Notes under the pieces: generated by a model
Seen by the model: the letters and a program-made list of their open reading frames with translations, nothing else
Told to the model about the DNA's origin: nothing
Database searches by the model: none
Source of the DNA: Zygophlyctis sp. KS116
Taxonomy: Eukaryota; Fungi; Chytridiomycota
DNA: 32,000 nt
Reading direction: 5' to 3'
NCBI GenBank assembly: GCA_054661495.1
Contig: BAAFSQ010000069.1
Location: 12,234-44,233, forward strand
Program-made: the position numbers and the translations under genes
Shown: positions 23,801 to 32,000 of the stretch, piece after piece
Position numbering within the stretch: the stretch's first letter is position 1
How the letters are laid out: the number at the start of each line of letters is the position of its first letter

Positions 23801-24965
23801 TTAGAAATTAAGGCCTGGAGGTGCTTCCATTCCAAGTCCTGGAGGTGCCTCTAATCCCATTCCAGGAGGTGCTTCCATTCCAAGTCCAGGAGGTGCGTCT
23901 ATTCCCATTCCAGGAGGTGCTTCATCATCTGATTGATCTTGATTCATTACATCATCGTCCATGGGCTCACCACCAATTTGAGCCTGATACCAATTGTAAA
24001 ATATAGTATAGTCTTGAAGAGTATATTCAGGCTCTTTCGGGGCATCATCTTCTGCTGATCCAAACTGATTAAAACTTGGCTAAAAATTAAAACTTTCAGT
24101 CGTCTTACAAGCAATCCAGTCTTTTCCAAAATAATATTTTTGACAATTTCTAATGCATTTGGAGGTCCTGTCAATGTGATATCTCTTTCTGACCCAGAAG
24201 GCTGTTCAATCGTAATTCTAATCCCATATTGCTGATTTAAACTCTTTATAGTTTCACCACCTAATATTAATTATATAAACTACCTTTTCCGATAACTAAG
24301 CCAACCTTGTCATTTGGAATCTTTAAAACCTCTGTAGTCCCTGCAACCTATTATGATAAATCTCTAAAATATCTTACTGTAGTCCCAATAACCTCCTTGA
24401 TCATCTCTTTTGCCTTTGCAATTGCAGCAGGACTACCTTGAATTGTAACACTTTTATCATTAGAAGTCCTTTCTTGAGAATCTAGTATAATTTTTGCACC
24501 AGATTTAGACTGTAAAGAAGTAATAGTTTCCCCTCCTTTACCAATGATGAGACCGACTTTATTTCCAGGGATTAAAATTGAGACAGAATCACTTTGTTCA
24601 TTAGACAAAAGATTCATTGGTATTGATCCAGTCTTTATGATATCCTGTATAACTTGTTTAACTTGCGCAACATCGTGCGGATCTCCCGAAATTTGGAGTT
24701 TTCCTTCCCTGTCTGATGCTTTCAATGTAATTTCTACATTATATCCCCTCTCAATCAGCTTGAGAGTTTCTCCATTCTTTCCAGAGACTAGCCCAACATA
24801 TTGTCCAGATATATGCATTTCATCTACAAAACTAGAAAACTTCCTTTTGGGATCTGGAGCCTGAATAGCATCTTGGGCCGGTCGTTTGTATGAAGGTATA
24901 GAATCTGTTACAGCTAATTGTGCTGCTATTGCCTTTGCCCGATCTATAGCGTCTTGGACATTCAT
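23801..24965 (-). CDS. Three-KH-domain RNA/ssDNA-binding protein (FUBP/KHSRP-like)
   Basis: N-terminal helix DAIDRAKAIAAQL; KH loops VGLVSGKNGET, VGLIIGKGGETI, VGLVIGKGGETI; three introns; C-terminal APPG repeats; stop TAA at 23803-23801. Confidence 0.85.
23813..23923 (-). repeat. Coding 24-nt tandem repeat, five (E/D)APPG(M/L) units
   Basis: Translates as EAPPGMGI-DAPPGLGM-EAPPGMGL-EAPPGLGM-EAPPGLNF. Confidence 0.9.
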
Positions 24966-25135
24966 GTAAAAAACAACAGACCACAACCTAAGCGAATGAT
25001 TGCCTTGAGCATTCTTGATCATTGATCTTGTTTTATCATTGAGTTTCAGTCAATGCATCCATGCATTCATCTGTGGTAGATTGCTAATAAACGATTACAA
25101 ACGGCATCAAAAGTCTCGGGATTTTCGGAAACAAA

Positions 25136-25402
25136 ATGGACGTTCAAGTTCTGCAAACGCTCCTGTTAAAGTTAAAAGTGCTGGAATTCTCTTCATCTGG
25201 ACCCGAAGATGATGTCGGACAGGCATTATTGTATATTTAAAATTTAAGATTTAGGAGCTTTTTAGAGTCTTTAACAGAGTCCAAGAAATTGGAACTAGAT
25301 ATAGTAGAGACAGAGTTAGCAAAATACGCTGGATTGGGGCAAGAATTTAAAGATATTGCACAAGAGTACTCAAAAATAGCATTCAAAAAAGAAAAGAATT
25401 AG
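25136..25402 (+). CDS. 80-aa protein resembling the HAUS4 (augmin subunit 4) C-terminal region
   Basis: Not in the ORF track. With intron 25231-25254 it reads MDVQVLQTLLLKLKVLEF..ELAKYAGLGQEFKDIAQEYSKI, like the recalled HAUS4 LKLR.LE...L..YE.LG.EF..LV.EY. In-frame TAA upstream at 25088. Confidence 0.6.
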
Positions 25403-25440
25403 AAAATTAGCTTTAGCTTCTATTGATAACAACTAAATGT

Positions 25441-26241
25441 TTAAGCATCCCAAGAAGCAACAGCATCAGTAGGTTCAGCTCCCCATTCTACAGTAGTCTC
25501 AGCTGCAGCCCAGTCTCCAGGAGCAGCAGATACTCCAGCCATGGCCCAGTCTTCTCCTGCACCTTCTTCTTGAGTCCATTCTGCTTCAGCCTTTTCCACT
25601 TCTTCCTTTTCAACTTCTTCAGGATCTCTATAAAAGAACATATCAACCATGATATCCCAAGGTTCAGATCTAGAAAGAGTTCCACGTAAACGTAAAACTT
25701 CTCTAGATAGCAAGTAATAAGCCAAACCAATTGAATGTTTACCCTTATTATTGATTGGGATAGCTACATCCACAAATTTCAATGGAGAATCAGAGTCACA
25801 AAGAGCAATCACTGGAATGTTAACATAAGAAGCCTCAGTAATAGCCTGATGATCAGTTCTGGGATCAGTGACAATAATCAATCTAGGTTCACGGAAAGAT
25901 CTGGTAATATAATTTGTCAAAGTACCAGGAGTAAATCTTCCAGCAATAGCCTGAGCCCCAGTGTACATTGCAAATTTGAGAGCGGCTCTTTGTCCATAAG
26001 GACGAGCAGACACAATACAGACATCAGCAGGATTTTCAATTGTGGCAATAATCCGGGCAGCAAGCAGTAATTTTTCCCAAGTTTTTCCAATGTTTAAGAT
26101 GTGAACTCCATCATTTCTTTGCTTCCAGATGTAGGGAAGCATTGCCTTTTCAATATTTTTTGTTCCTAAATGCGCCTGAGCAGCCAAAAGCATTTGGATA
26201 TCAGTTTCATTTGGTGATAGAATCGCAGGTACTTTACTCAT
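25441..26241 (-). CDS. RPS0: 40S ribosomal protein uS2
   Basis: [46 protein letters not shown], acidic Trp-repeat tail; CDS has no intron. Confidence 0.99.
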   Translation of the reverse strand: MSKVPAILSPNETDIQMLLAAQAHLGTKNIEKAMLPYIWKQRNDGVHILNIGKTWEKLLLAARIIATIENPADVCIVSARPYGQRAALKFAMYTGAQAIAGRFTPGTLTNYITRSFREPRLIIVTDPRTDHQAITEASYVNIPVIALCDSDSPLKFVDVAIPINNKGKHSIGLAYYLLSREVLRLRGTLSRSEPWDIMVDMFFYRDPEEVEKEEVEKAEAEWTQEEGAGEDWAMAGVSAAPGDWAAAETTVEWGAEPTDAVASWDA

Positions 26242-26293
26242 TTTTAAAATTGCAAATTAGTTCTTATTCTTCTTTAAGTAATGACAAGGAGTA

Positions 26294-26321
26294 CTAGAGA
26301 TTAGTCAATCTTGAGACTTAC
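26294..26321 (-). other. Probable 5'-UTR intron of RPS0
   Basis: GTAAGT-ctcaagattg-ACTAAT-ctc-TAG, 28 nt, ending 52 nt upstream of the ATG. Confidence 0.6.
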
Positions 26322-26423
26322 ACAAAATCCTTTTTTGCCGTTTTTAGGTGAAATTGCGCCACAACTTTTACAGTTGAAATCAACCACAACCTACTTTAGA
26401 AACACAAACACTATACAGAGAAA

Positions 26424-26647
26424 ATGCTCCCGTCGTACTTTCCTCTCACAACAAAGAAATGTAAAGATGTTTCTCAAGTGTTTTTTGGATGCTTTGAATC
26501 CGAATCTATTCCTAATGGTGTAATAATCTTTTTTAAATAAACTAATAGGATCCACAAGTTGCTAAAAAGGCTGTACTGACCTGCCAAGAACAATTAAATG
26601 CATACAAGGAATGCATGGATAAATTCAAAACTCCAAAATGGCACTAA
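26424..26647 (+). CDS. Small twin-CX9C protein (mitochondrial intermembrane space type)
   Basis: Not in the ORF track. MLPSYFPLTTKK-CKDVSQVFFGC-FESESIPNG|[32 protein letters not shown]; intron 26520-26548. Confidence 0.8.
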
Positions 26648-27497
26648 TGATCTCCCATAGAGTATTTTGCCTTTTCAGATCTCTGCCAGCGAGAATATTC
26701 AATACTTGTCATGCCTTTAATATCTTTGATTTAGTTTTTTTCTACATACTTAAAATCCAATGAAAATGCAATAAATAGGATAAATAAGTCCATACTATAG
26801 TACAAAAGGTTGTAAAAAGAATGCAAAGAGTCAGAATAGTAGGTATAGAGAGATTATAAGCAGTTTCTAATAGAATGAGAGTAGAAAAGTTACGGATTTT
26901 CATGAAGAATGTTGAGTCTGTGAAATATGTAGAAAATACATAGACACTAGTACAAAAATTCATAAAACTAAAAGCACATAATAATATCATGCTGGTTATA
27001 TAGATTCTAGTACTTTAAATAAGAAAAATTACTTGTAATTGGATCTTGCAATGCAATTATTAACGTAAAAACAATGATGATCTAGTCTATAGACACACTT
27101 GTTACAGTATTTACAATGAAGAGATTCCATATGCCTATTATTAAACATGGAAAATTACACATTTGCCTTGCAAACTAGACAGTATCTAGTTTCAAGAGTA
27201 GAATTGGTTTTCAAATATATTCTCTTGTCTGCAGGATCAGAGAAAATTAGAATTATAGCTGATATAATTAGTAAGCTCCATAGTATAGAGAGAATAAGAG
27301 TTACTGGAACGCGTGTCGACAAGAGTGAAATAAATGGATCATAGAGAGAATAATAGAATGGACCAGATCCTAGGACAAAGATCCATGAAAATATAAAATG
27401 GATAGATAATGGCCTATAGATTATATTAAATATTGTACAGTTGGCATCCGTGTTTTCTAGCCTTTCTTTTTAATAAACTTTCCAAATCTATATCCAT
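26644..27497 (-). CDS. DHHC palmitoyltransferase (ZDHHC1/11-like)
   Basis: RKHGCQLPL..W, two TM segments, [46 protein letters not shown], two TM segments, [13 protein letters not shown]. Four introns. Confidence 0.92.
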
Positions 27498-27625
27498 TTT
27501 GTCTCTTGGTTTATTTGGGTTTTTTTGGATTCTAGTGCTTGGAATGAAGAGTGAAAGTTTTTGTAATTATTCCGTGAATCTTGTAGGGGTTTATTGGTTT
27601 TAGGTTCTGGGCAAACAGAGTCAAA

Positions 27626-28176
27626 ATGTGGAAAGTGAAGAGAGATTCTCCATTAATCCCTCTTCTAGACCAGCTATATTTAGAATATACGCTAGTAGAC
27701 TCTCCTCTTGACCTTTCTGGTCCTGATTTTAGTGTTTTATATTTCTCTAAATCCTCTTGTTTTAATGATTTAAATAATAAACGTTTAATTGTCCTTGTTG
27801 ATATGAGATTTATCAAAGATTTATCAATTCTTAGCATGAATCTATTCAGGGATGCTCTAGTAGATGAAATAATTCCAATCTTTTCTCAACAAGACTTAAA
27901 GGAATACCTATCATTCCTTACTCTCAAAGAACCAGAAAATGAGAAATTACTTGATCATTTAGAGTCTAAATTAATCATGGATTGGATGAATATGCTACAA
28001 GTGTCTAGTCATGGTAATTTTTTATAAAATAACAAACAGAGTCTTTAATTCTACAAGAGGAATTTGGGAATTTTATTAATATCTCTAATGCAACGATTCA
28101 AGATTTTAGAGATTTGTCACTAGACAAAACATGTGCAACTCTTGTTTATGAAATGTTTTCATTTAAAAAAATTTGA
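27626..28176 (+). CDS. Small ERCC1/XPF-like fold + HhH protein, possibly SPO16/SCRE (or FAAP24-like)
   Basis: Intron 28014-28039 extends the ORF to HESLILQEEFGNFINISNATIQDFRDLSLDKTCATLVYEMF, an (HhH)2-type tail. Family assignment is tentative. Confidence 0.5.
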
Positions 28177-28439
28177 ATGAAGAGTGGAGTACAAAGGCAA
28201 GTTTTACTCTTGTACAAGGATTTCTTGAAAGAGATTAGTCTAAAGGAATTTGATTCTCAGAAAAGATTTAAAGAGTATATAAGATCTGAATTTAAGAGAA
28301 ATTTAGAAATTCCAAAAAATGAATTTAATACTATTGAATATCTCATTAGGTAACTTTGAGAGTATTTGATCTATCTAGACAGGGAAGAAAGAAACTTGAA
28401 ATCTTTAAAGATAAATCTTGCACAGACATTTCAATTTAG
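28177..28439 (+). CDS. SDH6: Succinate dehydrogenase assembly factor 1 (LYR motif)
   Basis: Not in the ORF track. MKSGVQRQVLLLYKDFL..IRSEFKRN..EFNTIEYLIR|QGRKKLE; intron 28350-28378. Confidence 0.9.
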
Positions 28440-28675
28440 ACTCTCTGCATCTCTAGGCTTTCCAGGTTTAGGTCCAGGTTGAAACTTGCAGTGATCTACT
28501 TTCTCATGATTATCCTGTCATGGTAGGAGTATTTTGAAGAATGAGGAATTTGAAATTATTAGGTAATGCTTGAAAATAAAAACTCGAGAATTACTAGATA
28601 ATTTTGACAAATTTTAGAATTTTATAAATTATCGGGAATAAAATAAGAATAAAAATCTAATAAAAATCGAAAAAA

Positions 28676-29092
28676 ATGCTCAAAATGAGATTTCTCAAGA
28701 CAACATTTTCCACAAAAAGTCATTTACTAAAAGACTCTCTTCAGACAAAGACTTGGTCCCTCTCCCAACAATCTAAAAGCAAAGCAATGTCTGGTCCAAG
28801 GTATTTTTCTAAAGTTTAATTCTAGATTTGAACAAACAGATTTCCAAGTCCAAGTAAGTCTAATAATGTTTAAAATTAGCCTAATCCCCCAATCGCTCAA
28901 GAACTCATTGCTAATGTTCCTGTTAATTTTGTAGATGCGCGAGTCGTTGCCTGTGATGGAGGAGACCTGGGACATCCAAAAGTATTCTTGAATTTGGATC
29001 AGGGTAAACCAATGTCATGTGGTATATCAAATATTTTTTTAAAAAACTATATAGGATACTGTGGACTCCGTTATCAAAGAAGAGAACATTAA
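28676..29092 (+). CDS. NDUFS6: Complex I 13-kDa zinc-finger subunit (zf-CHCC)
   Basis: Not in the ORF track. Presequence-like N-terminus, TWSLSQ..AMSGPRFEQTD..QPNPQSAQELIA..VVACDGGDLGHPKVFLNLD..CGYCGLRY. Three introns. Confidence 0.93.
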
Positions 29093-29487
29093 GGATTTTC
29101 ATTTAGAAATTCACGAACAAGTTGGAATAGTTCAGTCTTTATAGATTCAGGAACTTTGGCTAATCTTTAATAAATTCTCTCTTACCTCTGGCATGAGGGG
29201 TGATCTCTTGGATTAATTTTTCAACAGAAACTGTCTCAAGTCCCTTGGTTTGAATATAATCTAGCATTAAACCTTGACCTAAACACACCTTTACAGTAGC
29301 TCTTGATTTCTTCTCTCCATCCACACTCTGATAGCTTTATTCTTAGGTATTCTTTTAATCTGAGGTTAGTTTAGAGGATAAACCTTTCTTTTTCTCCAGA
29401 TTTTGATAGTTTCTGGTCAATAATATTTCTAAAGTTTCTATTATCTGATCTAAGATTAAATAAAAGTAAAAGATAATACTCTGACAT
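29089..29487 (-). CDS. SUS1: SAGA/TREX-2 subunit Sus1/ENY2
   Basis: Not in the ORF track. [57 protein letters not shown]. Four introns; first coding exon is 8 nt. Confidence 0.93.
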
Positions 29488-29521
29488 TTTCCCCGTCAAT
29501 TTAATTTTTCAAAAAACAAAT

Positions 29522-30480
29522 TTAAGCTTTATTTTCCACAACTGGCGCTGATTCAGATTTTTCTTGATTTTTTTCTGCTTCTCGCAATTCAAGTTTATTA
29601 TCAATCAATCCATGAAGAGAAATAACAGACCGAACCATAGATGACAGATAAATTGCTAGCATTTCATCATTAGTTGTAACTGCAAAAGATTTAATGACTT
29701 CAGATATGTTCAAGTTTGGTAATAAATTGAAAATATCTTGCAACTGGATCAAGATTTCATGATTGACTGGTAATCTTCCATCAACAACTTTTGCTAAATA
29801 TTCACGAATCTCTTCTAAATGAAGTCCAAGGCCTTTCAAAGATTCAATACGAGAAGAAATTTTAGTTGAGAGGGTCCCAACTGAAATATCCTTGATATCG
29901 CGAAGTAAATGCTCAACTCCGATTTCTTCAGCTTCTTCAGCTTCAATCGAAGAAGGTACATGGTTAAAAGTACGAGTATTAGCAGTTCCATCCTAAACTT
30001 ATATTTAGAAACTTACATCGTGGATTTCTTCAACAGAATAGTAAGCATCTGTTGGAATACCGAGATCAGTTGGCTGAACATTTATGATAACCAGAACAGG
30101 ATTGGAAGTATACTTTTTAAACATTTCATTAATTTCAAGATCTGAACTTTTCAACTTTGGCCCAGAGTGATACCATCCAATCATCTTTTCTTTTGCTAGA
30201 ATTTTTGAGATTAGAAATACTTACCATTGACCTTCTTAAACATTTCATACATTGCCTCATGATAATTATGGTCAATGAACCAAACAGAAGGATCTTTTTC
30301 ATCCTCTTCAAAGGGGAGAGCGTAGCTATTTGCAACATTTACATCGCCATTGATATTTTGTCCCAGCAGAATCCCCAGCACCCTTTTTTTGGTATTTTTT
30401 GCGACTCTGTTGTAGTGGTCTACGACTGACAGGAGAACAAGAGGATGAATCACAACGTTTGAAATTGAGACTTGAACCAT
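29522..30480 (-). CDS. RPN8: 26S proteasome lid subunit Rpn8
   Basis: [70 protein letters not shown]. Two introns. Confidence 0.97.
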
Positions 30481-30971
30481 TTTTACTGAAACGCGCTCTA
30501 CCCAGCACCCTACCCTTGGATTGGACCGTTGAATAAATTTGTATAGAGTTTTGGCTGTATTAATTCACTTTAAAAAAAGATAAGTTCATTCATAATTTAT
30601 TTGCCGATTATTAAAGTATTTTATCTAGAAATCTTGCCAAATGAAGAAAAATTTAGAGTGATGCCATAGGAGAACCTGCTATAATTGGAAGAGCGTACCA
30701 TGCTTCTAGTCATCCTTAATTTGAATGTTAGGAGAGCCTGAGTTCAGGCTTATCAGAAGGAGCCGCACCAAATGGATATCTGACTCTTTACTTTGTTGGA
30801 ATGGCTGGAGACAATATTACTCTGGAAATATCCAACATGTAGAATAGAGGACCAAAACACTGGACAATATATATACGTAATTTATGTTGTTGATTATAGC
30901 TGCCGTTAAAGTCGATGCAGAGTTTATCTTTTCATTAAAAAATCTCCTTGATACTAAAAACCAGTTCTTAC

Positions 30972-31262
30972 TATATCTTTATTATTTTCTTCTGAGCCTG
31001 AGGCGATCAGTTCGCCGTCATATGATACGCTTATTGTTCTAACAGGCCATCTACACTTGAAAACAACAAAAGTTACTCTAATTTCCCAAAAGTCCGAAAA
31101 CATGATAGGTTATCCAAATCCCATACAGAGGCCAATGCATCAGCGCCTCTAAAAGCAATATATCTCCCTTTGGTATCAATACAATAAATATTAGAAGAAT
31201 GAGCCTGAACTTCGTTAATCATTAATAATTAGACAGATTACCAGAAGATAATCCCATCAAAA
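30972..31262 (-). pseudogene. Internal fragment of a THOC3/TEX1-like WD40 gene
   Basis: QAHSSNIYCIDTKGRYIAFRGADALASVWDLDNLSCFRTFGKLE|WPVRTISVSYDGELIASGSEE; retains intron 31050-31075; no recoverable N- or C-terminus. Confidence 0.7.
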
Positions 31263-31715
31263 TCGAATTATATACGAAGAAAAACTTCGGAACAAATCAA
31301 CGATATTTATTTAATAAATATCATAAATTTTAGGGCCTTTGAATCGAAAAGATACATAGAATACCAAAATATACATGGAAGAAAAGGCAGTTTTCAAGAT
31401 TACCTATACAAAAGTAGCATGCAAGAATCAAATCATTTCCAATGCGTTTGGTACACTGAAGGCAAAGCAAAGATGAAAATTGATCAATTGCACGGAGAAA
31501 GCTAAAATCAGCTTATATATTGGAAAATAATCCAGATCCAAATGATATCGTGAACAGTACTCACTGTAAAGAAGATTTTCATGAAAACAATATAAATCAT
31601 TGCCCTTTGATTCTACTCAGTTTCAAACTGAGGAACAAAGAAATTTTCCAGAAGCTAAAAATTATCTTATCAATTTCTCCATCTGAGTAAATTTCGGACT
31701 ATAGCCTGGGGGCCT

Positions 31716-31843
31716 CCACTCAGCCGCACCCTGCTTTAAACCGTGCAATGATCTGACCAATTTAAGAAATCTGCGAGTTCCATCTTCGTACCCTTTCGGC
31801 TGTTCCATACAGAGCTCAAACTTAGAAATGCAGTTGAAATATT
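31716..31843 (-). mobile_element. Ty1/copia reverse-transcriptase relic
   Basis: NISTAFL, a frameshift, then ELCMEQPKGYEDGTRRFLKLVRSLHGLKQGAAEW (RVT_2 pattern DVKTAFL..IYMEQPEGF..LKKSLYGLKQ...W). Confidence 0.85.
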
Positions 31844-32000
31844 AATAATATTTGCCATCAGATCCAATTCTTATTATCATCAATGTATCGTCAAAGTCTC
31901 AAAGGATTTACTTAGACACAAAGGCAAACAACAATTAAAAAGATTATCCATCAATATGGATTAAATCAGAAAGTTGTGCGAATTTCTCTTGTTGGAGACT

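Noticed and set aside
24990-25001. AAGCGAATGATT, 12 nt identical to a conserved LSU rRNA segment
   Set aside because: No correctly placed D or D' box after the antisense copy; consistent with chance.
28470-28492. CCAGGTTGAAACTTGCAG resembling SRP RNA helix 8
   Set aside because: Lacks the AGCAG strand and correct stem pairing; no Alu domain nearby.
2067-30480. Stop-codon reassignment or programmed frameshifting as the cause of ORF fragmentation
   Set aside because: Nearly every break is resolved by a 23-33 nt GT-AG intron under the standard code, and TAA, TAG and TGA all end conserved genes.
1626-30508. Many 60-110 aa antisense or off-frame ORFs in the track (e.g. 1626-1889, 3716-3979, 24544-24864, 25735-26070, 30157-30429)
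   Set aside because: They are shadows of real genes and carry no recognisable motifs.

Overview
This is eukaryotic nuclear DNA, not prokaryotic: an AT-rich, very gene-dense fungal-type genome with about 25 protein-coding genes in 30.5 kb. The genes are broken by roughly 80 tiny spliceosomal introns (23-33 nt by my manual mapping), which explains the fragmented ORF track. A flagellar gene (CCDC42/CFAP73-like), a Crinkler-type NTPase+nuclease gene and fungal housekeeping genes suggest a zoosporic fungus (chytrid); this is inference. Gene order: RVB2 (partial), a damaged CRN gene, EDC4, CLEC16A-like, ERB1, FAM135-like lipase, Rrn10-like, CCDC42-like, TPS2-like, TAF6, RPL27, RPL23, UBP3, RAD30, UFD1, a KH protein, a HAUS4-like microprotein, RPS0, a twin-CX9C protein, a DHHC enzyme, SPO16/ERCC1-like, SDH6, NDUFS6, SUS1, RPN8, then a degenerate zone with a THOC3 fragment and a copia RT relic. 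Main signals: (1) operon-like same-strand stop/start junctions (TGA-ATG at 0 nt, TAA-A-ATG at 1 nt, an 11-nt overlap); (2) two divergent ATGs only 16 nt apart; (3) convergent genes with interlocked stop codons; (4) the only long intron hosts a C/D snoRNA with a 13-nt guide to 5.8S rRNA; (5) an apparent GT-TG intron required to rebuild a conserved TPS motif; (6) a helically phased CCATAGGT x4 array in the RPL27/RPL23 promoter. All gene models were built by hand and identities come from recalled motifs, not database searches.
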